A stretch of 64,000 nucleotides of DNA from Malacoraja senta (GCA_038087875.1 CM075988.1:15874001-15938000), one strand, 5' to 3'; shown: positions 50,901 to 63,391, counted from the stretch's first letter. The notes: a model not told the origin generated them from the sequence alone. Translations and numbers: made by a program.

Positions 50901-51774
50901 AGCAACGGGACTCTGCCTTGGATTTGATCCACTCTTCCTCCATATGTGCCCGTCATGGCCTAATCCAATGCAAAGTCCTTCACAAAGTCCACTACACAAA
51001 TGCAACATTATCTAGAATGTACCCCGCTGTTAGGGACACCTGCAACAGATGTAATCAATCCCCTGCCAACCATAGCCATATGTTTTTGGTCTTGCCCTAA
51101 GCTAGCAGCCTTTTGGGGAGGTAGGTGCTTTCGAATTGATAAGCAGAGCCTACGACCAGACTATTCCTCCAATGTCAAGCCATTTTCGGTACCCTGCCCC
51201 AACACCAACATCTCTGTTGCGGTGAAACGGGTACTAGCTTTTACAACCTTGTTAGCCCGGAGACTAATCTTGCTTAACTGGAGGCTCACCTGTCCCCCGA
51301 CACACGCCCGTTGGATTAAGGAGGTGCTTTACAATTTAAAGCTTGAAAAACTTAGGTTCTCTCTCAAAGGCTCTACCAAGACATTCCCTAGATACATGGA
51401 ACCCTTTCTTGGAACTTGTTAACTCTCTCAACTTGTCCCCGGACTCGGAAGAGGACTGAGTGTTCTCCACCATTGTTTTGCTCTACAGCAGCTGCTTTCC
51501 CCCTTAACCCCCCCCTCCCCCACAATTATTTATTTAATTAATTACTTAATTTTACTGTTATTAGAGACCCCAATTTATTTATTTATTTATTTTTTTAAAG
51601 TACTTTTTGTTTCGTTTATCTTACCATATGTGTGTGGATGTGTACGTATGTGAGTGTTGTTTGTCCCCGTTTGGTTCCGACCTGATTCGGGTGGGTTGAA
51701 GGGTGGGTAAGGGTAAGGGTTTTGAGGGTCGCTTACTGTGAAATTGCTGTGAAATTCAAATAAAAAGATTTAAA
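47980..51774 (+). mobile_element. L1-clade LINE, 5'-truncated (most of ORF2 plus 3'UTR)
   Basis: GDFNLV, SDHA, GKSPGPDGF, YRPISLLNVD, RGTRQGCPLSP, LYADD, CNRC zinc knuckle; AATAAA near 51759; 15-bp TSD CAACATAAAACAAAA at 47965-47979 and 51775-51789. Confidence 0.95.
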
Positions 51775-53964
51775 CAACATAAAACAAAAACTCACGCTGA
51801 ACCATATGAGGAGATATTAGGGCAGGTGAACAAAAGGCTGCCACAAATTAGGATTCAAAGTGTCTTAAAGTCAGAAAGGGGTGGAAAGATTTTAAGACAC
51901 CCAGAGCTTACAACCATGTTCTTTGGAGGCACAATGCTAAACAATTTAAGTTCGAAATGAATAAGTGACCAGATTTAAAGCACATCTCGGTCACAGTTTA
52001 GTTTAGTTTAGTTAAGCTTAGTTCATTATAATTGTCACATGTACAGTGAAAGATTTTGTTTTGCGCGCTATCCAGTCAGGGAAAAGACTTACATAAATAC
52101 AATCAAACTGTCCACAACACACAGATAAAGGATAAAGGGTACTAACATTCTGTGCAAAATATAACATTGAGGTCTGATAAAGTCTGATTAAAGATAATTT
52201 AAAGGTCTCCAATAATGGGAAAAGGCAAGATCACAAATGGATGGAAGATCATTTTTAAATGGTGACATTCCTGGAGCCCGGTGTAGGTCAGGAAGTCACG
52301 GGTGACTTCATGCATAGAGTCATACAGTATGAAAACAGCCCTTCAGCCCAACTCGTCCATGCCAATCAAGATGTCCCATCCAAGCGGGGTCCCATTGTTC
52401 TGCGTCTGGCCCATATCCTTCATGTGCATGTTTGGAGACAAGCTGCTACATTCTGTATCCTAAGGTTATGGAGAACAAAATAAGGAAGCAGGCCAGACCA
52501 AATTAGAGCAGCCAAGTCTGAAGGTAACATTTCACTGAGGTTTCACAGCAGATTATCTGAGGGTGGGACAGAGTTGAGCAACATAATGGTAATGGAAACA
52601 CACAATGTTAAGTACGGGAGACACAAGATACTGCAGATGCTGTTTACAAAAAAAAGCACAGTGCTGGAATAGCTCAGTGGATCAGGCAGACTGTCTGAAG
52701 AAGGGTTCAACAGGTAACATCACCTATCCGTGTTCTCCAGAAATGCATGCCTAACCCACGAAGTTACTCCAGCATTTTGTGACTTTTAATGTTAATTATG
52801 GCATGGATGAATGGAAAATACCATGGAGGACCATCCATCTTCCTTTTTAGCATTCACCTGAGAGGGGAGACGTTGCCATAGCTTATCAATATGTGTGACA
52901 AAGGGGAATACAGCTTCTTTGACAGTGAAGCATTTATTTAATACTGTACAGTACTGGGAGTCAACCGAGACATCTGTACTCATTTTGATAGAATAGAATT
53001 AGAAACCAAATCTTTCTGACTCACTCACTAATGGTCATTTATGATGATTATGATATGTTCAATTTACAATAAAGGCACTAAGGATACCGCAGATCACTGC
53101 TATCAGCTGAAGGGGCAGACATTACTTATGTGCTTAGATTTCTGGCATAAGTCTTTGTGCTTAATGTGAATGCTCTTTCACACAGTCCATGCTCACATTT
53201 TCTGCTATGCTTCGACAAGATTGGTATTTATTGATCCACTTTCTCACCGACATCATCAGGTTTGGAGGTTTGAATTAGGTCTCCTAGTTAACATGCTCGT
53301 TCGAGAATCTATTAAATGTTATACTTGCATCTGTGGATATTGCCTTGGTTATTCATTGCTTTTAGTTTATAATGGAATATTAAAAGCTAAAAGCAATGAA
53401 ACAATATAATGGAAAGGAACACTAGCATATTCCCGCACATGGGCATAGAGATACCAGAAGCAATTCAACCCTTCAGTTTGTTTCACTGCTCTGTAAATTC
53501 ATGGCTGATCTGTATCTTGAACATTTTGGGTTATTTTTGTTGGTGCGCTTACCAAACAAAATAAAATGAGCAACTTTAGTCTTAAAAATGTTAGTTTGCT
53601 TCCAGAATTTACAGCTTTGTGAAAAAGTGCTTCCGTTAATTTTAAAAACAACTCTCTATCTCAGTCTCTTGCACTAAAGTTTCTACTGGATGTCTGAGTT
53701 TGATTGCGCCTTAATTAGATCAACCTTTATTTTCCAATCTCTAGGAAATATATGCCTAGTTCAGTAATGGGGCTTTACTATTTAACTCTTTTAAACTGTG
53801 ATATAGTTCTGGTGAACCTTCAGTGATTCTTCCTAAAGGAGGGTGCTCAGCAGTGAATGGCATATCATTAATATCTTGTACAACTGCAACTCTCCTTTCC
53901 TTTTGTACTGCTGTTGCAATATGCATAATGGACAATATTAAATATGGAAAGAGTGCAGAAAACA

Positions 53965-54950
53965 TCTGCGAGGATGTTGCCAGGATTCAAAGGCCTGAGC
54001 TGTTGGGAGAGGTTGGGCAGGCTAGGGACTTTATTCCTTGGAACACGGAAGGGTGAGGGATGATTTTATAAAGGTGTATAAAGTCCTGAAGGGGGATAAA
54101 TAGGGTGATTTACCTGGGTTGGGGAAATGAAGAACCATAGGTTTAAGGCAAGAGGAGAAATATTTAATAGGAATCTGTGGGGCAAATGAGGGGAAAAACT
54201 ATGGCCAAGAAAGCACACCAAGGTCTGTATTTCATTAGAAAGTTTGGTAAGTCTGGGCATGGTCCCCAATAATCCTCACCAACTTCTACAGATGGTCTGT
54301 GGAAAGTATTTTATCGGGAAGCATCACAGCATGGTATGGGGAGCAGCTCCATCCAGAACCACCAGAAATTGCAGAGAGTTTTGGATGTAGCTCAGACCAT
54401 CACACACACGAACCCCGTTCCATTGACTCCATCTACACTTCATGCTGCCTCGGCATGGCCACCAACACAATCAAGAATCAGTATCATCCCAGTCACTCCC
54501 TTTTCTCCTGCCTCCCATCAGGCAAGTAGTACAGACATTTGAAAACACATATCTCTCACTTGATAGAGTGCAGTCCGGACCTCCCCTCTACCTCATTGTA
54601 GACTTTTGAACTATCTTTAGTCAAATTATATCTTGCACTAAACGTTGTACCCTTTATCTACACACTGTAATGGCTTGATTGTGATCATATATAGTCTTTT
54701 CTTTGACTGGGATAGCACATAACAAAAAGCTTTTAACTGTACCTCAGAGTGTGATGGGTATATGGAACGAGCTGTCAGAGGAAGTAGTTGTGGCAGCTAT
54801 AACAATATTTTTAAAAAACATTGAAACAAGTACAGGGATAGGAAGAGAGATATGGGCAAAACATAGGCAAATGGGACTATCTTGGATGGGGGCATATTGA
54901 AGCATGGACATGTTGGGGCAGAAGGGCCTGTTTCCGTTCTGGGTGACTAT
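53965..54950 (+). mobile_element. decayed CR1 3' fragment interrupted by a Rex 3' fragment (~54185-54745)
   Basis: ESILSGSITAWYG and LPSGK (Rex) between CR1 tail remnants. Confidence 0.7.
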
Positions 54951-55124
54951 ATAAACGGTGGTAATTTCCTTTTAAAGTGCCATGCCATAAATGAAGCCAG
55001 CACTTTCCCTTGAGTCTGTTTGAGTTTTAAAGTGCAGCATAAAAGCCTTTACTATGCCATTAGAGATAAACAGAACTAAGGCAACTCCCTTCCAAGAGAG
55101 AGAGAGAGAGAGAGACGAGAGAGA

Positions 55125-55782
55125 GACAGACTATCTCTCATCTGTTAGAGACATAAAACAAAGGCAGACCCTCACCAAATACAGGCTAAGTGACCACTAT
55201 TTGGCAGTTGAAAAAGGAAGACAGAAGAGATTCTGGCAACCAAGGAGAAAACAGAATATGTGGCCACTGTTTGACAGATGAGGTTGAAACAGAGGTGCAC
55301 TTCCTCCTAAAATGGAAAAAATTTGACAAAACAAGGAAAACATACTTTGACAAACTCAGTCAAGCAACCCCTGACTTTAAGGAACTAGACGATACATCAA
55401 AACTAAGAATAATCCTTGGTGAAGGAAATACGGCACATCTTGGTGCACAATACGTAACAGCATGCCATAACCTGAGAGACGGTGAATGACCAATATGCAC
55501 ATATGTACGCACACACTAATTGACATTAACTGACACTAAGAAATTAATATTGAATTGCTAATTAGCTATCCTGTTGTACTGCTTACAGCTGCAAGAACGT
55601 GTAGCAATCAATAAAAGGCTATAGGCCTCTTGCGAGTTTATGTACAGGGACATATCTATCTATGCACTGTATACTTGTATTTATACTTATGCATCTTAAA
55701 TATGTATGTCATGTTTCATACTTTGGCAATATAACAAATGTTTTTTGTATCATGCCAATAAAGTTTAAAATTGAAATTGAAT

Positions 55783-55790
<8 letters not shown>
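55125..55790 (+). mobile_element. 3' end of an RTE-X-like LINE within a (GA)n microsatellite
   Basis: LTKYRLSDHYLAVEKGR...RICGHCLTDEVETEVHFLL; AATAAA then (AATTG)n; GA repeats on both sides. Confidence 0.7.
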
Positions 55791-55820
<30 letters not shown>

Positions 55821-55825
55821 GGAGG

Positions 55826-55876
<51 letters not shown>
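55789..55876. repeat. (GA)n microsatellite
   Basis: Direct observation. Confidence 0.95.
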
Positions 55877-55879
<3 letters not shown>

Positions 55880-57126
55880 TCGACGCAGAGGCTTCTGTGT
55901 CTGAGTTGGGATTGATAAGGTCCAGTATACCCCCAACAACGAGCATCTCCATTGCCAAACAATGGGACAACCGACCGCCGAGGGCAAACATTTTTACCAC
56001 CCCCCCCCCCCCCCCCTCAGTTCACTACCGGGCATCAACATTTTATTGTGCAGGAAGGAACTGCAGATGCTGGGTTATAACGGAAGATAGACACAAAATG
56101 CTGGTATAACTCAGCGGGACATGCAGCATCTTTGGAGGAGAAGGTCGGGACCCTTCTTCAAACTAGTGTCTATCAGCATTTTATTCACCAATTCACCACA
56201 TCAACAGCAAATGGTAGGAAACCTGAAATGCGCTGCAAACAGGGGAGGCGAGCTTCAGCCGTGGGCTGTGCCAGGGGCTCCATCTGCACGGTGCTCGCAC
56301 CACACTGCAGTGGCTTTTAATTCTCCGCCTCCCGCATTCAATCTTCCACTGTGTAGATAAAGCAAATGAAACCTGTCTGCGGGCAGGTTGGGGCACATGA
56401 GAAGGGGAAAGTGTGAGCCCGTGCCTATCACATCTGTGCGCTGCTTGGTAGCTGGCAGCCCTTTGTCTAACTGGGTTCTGACCAAACCGACATCCTCTCC
56501 CCGGCTAGACACGAAATGCTGTGGTAACTCAGCGGGGACAGACAGTATCTCTGGAGAGCTTCTTTAGACCCGTCTCGACCAGAAACGTCGCCCATTCGAA
56601 TATTCCTTCTCTCCAGAGATGCTGCCTGTCCCGCTCAGTTACTCCAGCATTTTGTGTCTATTTTCGGTTTAAACCAGCGTCTGCTGTTCCTTCCTGTACA
56701 TTTCGTCCTCTCCCCAGCCATGGTTGCCGCAGGCTGGCAGACCCCCAAGACTGCTGATTGCTGCCCGACCCGCTGAGTGGTTCCAGCGTAGTCGGTTCTT
56801 TTTTAAAATGGGTTAAATCTTTATCTGAGAAGCCGCAGGAACAGCAAGGGGGTGGGGTGTGTGTGTGGATGGGGGGGGGGGGAGTCTGAAGCTTCTCGGA
56901 AGATTCTAGCTGAGCTGCTAGTCCCCAGACATCGTCTGCCCATCGCGTAGACTGCGATGTGGAGTGGGTGGGGATCACTTCATATTCTGGAAGAAGGGGC
57001 GTGCTGCCTGTCAGCTGCTACCGCAGTCAGTGCTGCAGTGAGAGGCGCTCCAACAGCCTTTAATTCTCTACAGGATACCCACGGTTGCACAGACTCGCTT
57101 CCGATTTCAAAAAACCAAGAGGCGAT

Positions 57127-57195
57127 TATATAGAAGCGGCGGGCGAGAAGCTGACCCTTCAGTAGCAGCGGGAGGCGAGACCATTGCAGGTAAGG
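57127..57195 (+). promoter_or_regulatory. putative TATA promoter and short non-coding first exon of an unidentified gene
   Basis: TATATAGA at 57127; Inr-like TCAGT with A at 57161; CAG|GTAAGG donor at 57189/57190; CpG-enriched unique sequence. Confidence 0.55.
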
Positions 57196-57799
57196 GACAG
57201 CGAGAGAGCCAGGGCTGAGGAGAAGGGGAGAGGAGAGGAGAGGAGAGGAGAAGGGGTCGGCTGCCGATTGCAGGGAGAAGCGGAGATGTGAACCCGCTCT
57301 GCAAATACCCAGCAGGGGATGGGAGAGTTGAATCAAAGCGGAGAACATTCAGAGAAGGGCGAGGAAAGGAGGAAGGGAGAGAGAGAGGGGAAGGGGGAGA
57401 GATAGGGAGGGTAGGGGGACAGAGGCGAGGGGAGAGATGAGAGGGAGGGGGGGGGAATAGGAGGGGGGAAGCGATGAAATAAGGAGAGAAAAAAATCAAT
57501 TTCATCAGAACCCTCGACATTTAATCTTTAAAAGATTGAAAATAAATCTTTAATCGCTTGCAGGCAAGAGTCGAGAGAATTAATCGCAGGGGTATGGATT
57601 GGGAGGGAACTGCTTTAAATGTAAATCCAATGCAGGTAAAATCCGGGATTGTTTGTGCAGTGTCCGGGGGAAAAACCGCAGCCGCTGCGACTGAAGTTGC
57701 TGCGGATTTCTGCCGATTACATTCAGGAGAAAGCTGTGGGCGGCAGAACCGAGAAGGGGTGGTGGGGGGGGGGGGGGGGGGGGGGGGTGGAAATCGCGG

Positions 57800-57999
57800 N
57801 NNNNNNNNNNNNNNNNNNNNNNNNNNNNNNNNNNNNNNNNNNNNNNNNNNNNNNNNNNNNNNNNNNNNNNNNNNNNNNNNNNNNNNNNNNNNNNNNNNNN
57901 NNNNNNNNNNNNNNNNNNNNNNNNNNNNNNNNNNNNNNNNNNNNNNNNNNNNNNNNNNNNNNNNNNNNNNNNNNNNNNNNNNNNNNNNNNNNNNNNNNN
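57800..57999. other. assembly gap (200 N)
   Basis: N run after a poly-G tract. Confidence 1.
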
Positions 58000-58414
58000 G
58001 TGCTGTAAGGAAGCAACTCTACCGCTGCGCCATCGTGCTGCCCTCTTAACCCTAGTGGCTTTTTCTGTTATTGCACTTCATTATTTTTTTGCACTATTCA
58101 GTTTTTGCACTACAGTTTTGCACCAATCTGCTGACTTACCCTGGTTGTTGTATTTATTAATGTATTTATCATTATAGCTGTACATTGTTCACTCAGTGAC
58201 CTTCGTGGGAACAAGGCATCTTATTGCACATTGGTGCAAATGACATAAACTAATCTGTATCTATACATTTTTATCCTCAAATGTTTATTAATAATTCAGC
58301 CTCAGTTCCTTCACTGTAGCGACTGATCAGTGCATGTCAGTACACGTGACAATAATAATAATAGACTAATAATATAGCAGTTTTTAAAAAATCAACTAGT
58401 TGCAGCTTCAAACA

Positions 58415-59915
58415 GAACTGTTCAAGAAGGAACTGCAGATGCTGAAAAATCGAAGGTAGACAAAATTGCTGGAGAAACTCAGCGGGTGCGGCAGCGTATA
58501 TGGAGCGAAGGAAATAGGCAACGTTTCGGGCCGAAACCCTTCTTCAGACTGATGCAGGGTGGGGACGTTTGTCTTCAAACGGAACTGCACGTTTTGCCAC
58601 GAACAAACGGGTTGTCTGAACCCGCAGATACGAATTAGCGATGATCAGAAATTACGAGCACAGTGTTTCATGGACCGTCCCGGCTGAGTTAAATTGCCTT
58701 GAATTGAGCTGCCCCGTTTCTCGTTTAGGGGGCATCTCAGTATGGTAATATGCTATATCAAAAAGCACAAGCGAAGAACTTAATAACAATGCGGACACAG
58801 GGAATTGCAGATGCTGGATTCTTGAGCAAACACAAAGTGCTGCAGGAACCCAGCGGGTTGGAGGAAGCATCTGTGGAGGGAATGGACAGACGAGGAACGT
58901 CGCTTGTCTAATTCCCCCACAGATGCTGCAAGAACCGCGGAGTTCTTCCAGCACTTTGTGTTTTGCTCATAACAATGCGGGCTGAGATGAGATTAATGAA
59001 CACATGGCAGTTTTAAATTCTGCATCTTTACCATCTGTTCCCCTTCCCCCCCCCCCCCCCCCCCCTGTAACGTGCGATGCTTTTCCAACTGAAAGATTTT
59101 TAATAAATTCAAAGCGTTGCACAATTTGGTATTCCACGTGTAGGGAGGAACTGCAGATGCTGGTTTAAACCGAAGATAGACAAAAGGCGAGTAAACACAG
59201 CAGATGCAATGCCAAAGATAGATACAAAAAGCTGGAGTAACTCAGCGGGTCAGGCAGCACCCCTTCTATGCAAACAAGTAACGACGATCAAAGAAACAGA
59301 CATTGAAGAAGGGTTTCGGCCCGAAACGTTACCTATTTCCTTCGCTCCATAGATGCTGCTGCACCCGCTGAGTTTCTCCAGCATTTTTGTGTACCTTCGA
59401 TTTTCCAGCATCTGCAGTTCCTTCTTTAAGACATTGTTGGCTGTTGGCTAGGTGGTTTTATTGTATATATTTCATTCGTTTGCTCTACATCTCTCTCTAT
59501 CGCAGTCTTTATCTCTCGTTTCTCTCTCCCCTGACTCTCAGTCTATAGAAGGGTCCCGACCCGTAACGCCACCCGTTCCTTTTCTTCGGAGATGCTGCCT
59601 GTCCCGCTGAGTTATGTTTGTCTCACTTTGGCATCGTATGTGCAGACAAACTCACACAGCCCCGAGCCCGGACACTCGCCAGTGCGTTGAGATGAATGTT
59701 CACTGGTTGTGTGGGAAGGAACTGCAGATTGACACAAAAAGCTGGAGTAACTCAGCGGGACGACAGGCAGCATCTGTGGAGAGAAGGAATTGGGTGACGT
59801 TTCGGGTCGAGGCCCTTCTTCAGACTGCAGATGCTGGTTTAAACTGAAGTTTGACACGCACAAAATGCTGGAGTAACTCAGCGGGTGAGGCAGCATCTGT
59901 GGATGGAAGGAATTG
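58415..59915. mobile_element. cluster of Penelope-derived short elements in both orientations
   Basis: Several copies of GGAACTGCAGATGCTGG and GCTGGAGTAACTCAGCGGG; hammerhead cores at 58520-58547 (-) and 59796-59823 (-). Confidence 0.8.
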
Positions 59916-59919
59916 GTCA

Positions 59920-60450
59920 TTGTGCGGGCGGGCACTCATCTCAAAGATACTTTGCTCATGCTTGCTCCGGCCGGGGTGGCCGCTGCGCAGTGCGGGGCAG
60001 CTCCGGTGGGTGGCGGTGTCCGTGGGAGGACCGCCGTCTATCCCCCCCCCCCCCCCCCCTGGCAGCCAAGTTGTGGGTGTTGCCTGGAGACCAGGGTGCG
60101 ATGCCAATGGCGGCGGTGGGCGGTGCCGGCGGCTATCCGGCGCTGTCGGGCGGGCAGCAGCAGCAGCAGCAGCAGCCGGGACACGTTTGAATTAACCAGT
60201 TGTTTTGTTACAGTGGAAAGAAATGGAACCATTGTAGCGGCCGGCGCTGCGACAGCGAGAGGTGGAGCCGCTGCAGGTACAGGCAGGCGGGCGGGTCTGG
60301 GCCCAGGTACAGGTGTAGTTGCAGGTACAAGTACAGGTGTAGGTACAGGTGCAGGTATAGTTGCAGACCCACTTCACTGCGGCCCCGATACTCACACAGC
60401 CCCCCCCCCCCCCCCGTGCCCGGACACTTGTAACGGCGCAGCCCCAGCCC
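59920..60450. promoter_or_regulatory. CpG island-like promoter with RFX X-box, CCAAT and GC boxes
   Basis: High CpG density; GTTGCCTGGAGAC at 60079-60091; CCAAT at 60104; GGTGGGCGGT near 60115; (CAG)7. Confidence 0.6.
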
Positions 60451-60823
60451 GATGGGAGGGAGGGAGGGAGATAGTGGGGGGTGGGTGGGGAAGTGGAGGA
60501 GGAGGAGGAGGAGGAGGAGGAGGAGGGTGGGTGGGGAGGAGGAGGAGAAGAGAGGGGGGTGGGGGGGGGGGAAGTGGAGGAGGGGGGTGGGTGGGGAAGT
60601 GGAGGAGGGGGGTGGGTGGGGAAGTGGAGGAGGAGAGGGGAGAGATGGAGACAGGAGACAGAGGGGAGAGGGAAGAGGAAGGGTAGAGGATGCGCTCAAG
60701 TTTGGGACCAGAGAGGGAAACGGGGTGTTCCCAGCATTGGCTACAAGGGGCAGAGTTACACAGTGGGGGTATATTGCCCCGGGTTGGCTACGCGAGGTGG
60801 TATCATGGAGTGTGATCACTGTC

Positions 60824-60870
60824 GGGCACAATAGTGGAACTGGGTCTCTGCCAGTTCCACTATTGTGCTC
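60824..60870. repeat. perfect 18-bp inverted repeat with 7-nt loop
   Basis: GCACAATAGTGGAACTGG-gtctctg-CCAGTTCCACTATTGTGC. Confidence 0.95.
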
Positions 60871-63391
60871 AAGGTTTGGTATAAAGTAAGGAGTGTAAGG
60901 AACAGAAGCTGGGTGGATTATTCGGCTTCTCCAGGCTCTTCTACCATTCGTGAAAATCAAATGATTGTTCATCATCCTGCCACTTTCTTGCACTGGCTCC
61001 ACATCCCTTAATTCCCCCAGACGTGGGGTAGGTGCGTGTGCAGGGGCTGGGTACAAAGTGAGGATCAGGAGGTGCCCAGGTTTAATTTTTTGAGAAGGAA
61101 CAGGATGGCACAAAGTATGTTGTTGGGAGATTCCTGTGTCGTGCCAAGGATTGGAATTCAGTATGCTTCAGTTTGTGCACTTTCCCATCTCCCAGTGCCA
61201 TAATCATCTCATCCAGGTGATAGTTCTTCATGTGTGAGATCAGGGTATTTAACTGTAAGGGGCATTGCAACAGAAATTGACCAGATATGCCAGGTATAGT
61301 TGCAGGTCCATGAAGTATGGATGAAGCAATACTGCATAGTGCCTTTCAGGTGGATTGACAGGCTGATGTTTACCTTACCAATCTACAGACTCTGAAGTGA
61401 ATTGTATGACCCTGCTGTGTGAGTGACTATGGCTTTAATTCGATGCAGTTGGAAGGGTCTGAGAGTTTCTATTTGCTGCTTTTTGCGTGTGATGATGGTG
61501 CTTCTTGGCCTGCAATCGCAGTAGCAGGTGTCTTCTGTGTTTACTGAATTCGTCTGCCTACTCTTTTCTGAATCTGTGAAAAAGATAATGTTATGACAAT
61601 CTGAGAGAGCTGGCTCAACTCCTGAAAGATTATCATTGAACCTTGCGGTTCATTCAAATGACCCAACGACTCCGCGTTTGCGAATTGAAAGCTATCCATA
61701 TATTTTCACTTCAACGTGATTCACTGACATAAACAAAATACTGCAAAATCCAGACTTTTGAAAAATGAAACTGAAAACGTTAATATTCTGCGAACTGAAT
61801 CCAGGCAACTGAAGAAAGGTCACCGGCCTGGATCGTAAACTCTGTTTCCCTCGTCACAGATGTAACATGATCTGAGTATTTGCAGTATTTTCAGATTTTA
61901 TTGAATGACTGATTGGATAATCCTATAATAACCAGTGCTTTTCCCCATTGTTGTACAGTGACAGACCTGCATGTCAAGATATTAGTGAAAGACCTCCACC
62001 CACCTACCTAAAACATTTATGAAGCCGCCCAAATTCTATGGTGTAAAATCTGTACCCACTGCTCCAAAGCTCCAATGTCTCACAATTGTATCCCTGTACC
62101 AGACAGAGCTCCTGTCCCTCTGTGATACTGTAATAGCTCCGTACCCACGTGCTATACCCTAATGGTATAACTTGTCAGACCTGTACTGTGTTCAAGCAAT
62201 GGCAGACTTTTTTTAACCAAGTGTCATAGAGCTAAAAATGTCCTCTTACCATGATGTGAGTTTGGAAGGAGATGATTTGTCATATTTGTTTTAGAACTTA
62301 CCCTGCAGGTGGAGCACTTTGTGCATTTTTTTAACTGTGTGAATTCACTGGATCAGCTGCCAGAGTTAAAGTAAAAGAATAAAGGGAGATTCCAAAATGA
62401 AGCTGAATGTTTGTGCTGAATGTTGGAGGAGGTTGACTTGAGTGGAGGTCTCCACTGTTGAAGTGTGGGTCATCGTGAGAAATAGTTTTCATGGTTAGGA
62501 AGGAACACGAAGAATATTTGAAGATAATCAGACATGGGGCAAGGCTGGAATAAAATAATGTGAGATGAACAAAAATGGTTATATTCTGGCAGATGGTGCT
62601 GATTCATAAGAGTATTGCAACAATCTGAATTTGCTCATTTCTAGGGAGTAAATATGCCCAATTAGGGAGTTACTGAGCAGTTTTGCAGTTGCGTTATCTG
62701 GGGAATTTTGATTCTCATCAACGTGAAGTACGTGCTCATCAATACAGAGAGTCATACAGTGTGAAACACACCCTTTGGCCCAACTTGCCCACACCGACCA
62801 ACATACCCCATCCAAACCAGTCCCACTTGCCTGTGTTTGGTCCATATCCCTCTAAACCTTTCCTATCATAGAGTCATAGAGTCTCAAGGAATACAATTTT
62901 TTAGGAGTGAGTTCGGGTTTGGCTCGTGTTTCAGGGGCAGTGAAATTTTCCGCCCTGATCTACTCACTCTGTGCTTGATATTCCAATTTTTACGACATCT
63001 TTCCCATGCTTTCTGACTTTGCAGAGTCTATGCAGAACTTGGGGCTGTTTGGCTCCAGTTTCTATCTTCCAGTGTTAAGACTATTCATCTTGATTTATAA
63101 ATGATACTTACAGCTGACTGACCTGAGTAGATCACCTCTTACTGATTGGGCTGCCTAAAACCCAGTTGAGCTAATCCAATGCACCTTAAAGATACATTCT
63201 GCCTTTCATTGTCTGAAAATGGGACTGGGTGTATGAGGGAAGTTCTGAGTGAAAGAACTAATGCTTATTCCACCTCCAAAGACCTGATTGTTCCTGATTG
63301 GTTCCAGAGAGGAACATCGAACACTTCTATACTTAATAACATATAGATAGACACAAAATTGTGGAGTCACTCAGCGGGACAGGCGGACAGT

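Noticed and set aside
52792..52983. 63-aa minus ORF (STDVSVDSQYC...)
   Set aside because: Better explained as a DeuSINE-like relic; no good splice acceptor
53756..53965. exon-like minus ORF (AVQKERRVAVV...)
   Set aside because: Another frame reads QYKRKGELQLYKIL, a decayed CR1 ORF2 motif
59913..60686. 257-aa Gly/Ala-rich + ORF and other CpG-island ORFs
   Set aside because: Stop-poor GC-rich sequence with homopolymer runs; no recognisable homology
60208..61113. 301-aa minus-strand ORF
   Set aside because: Non-ATG start; runs through low-complexity C-rich sequence, a hexamer repeat and a decayed CR1 3' end (~60895-61020); no recognisable domain
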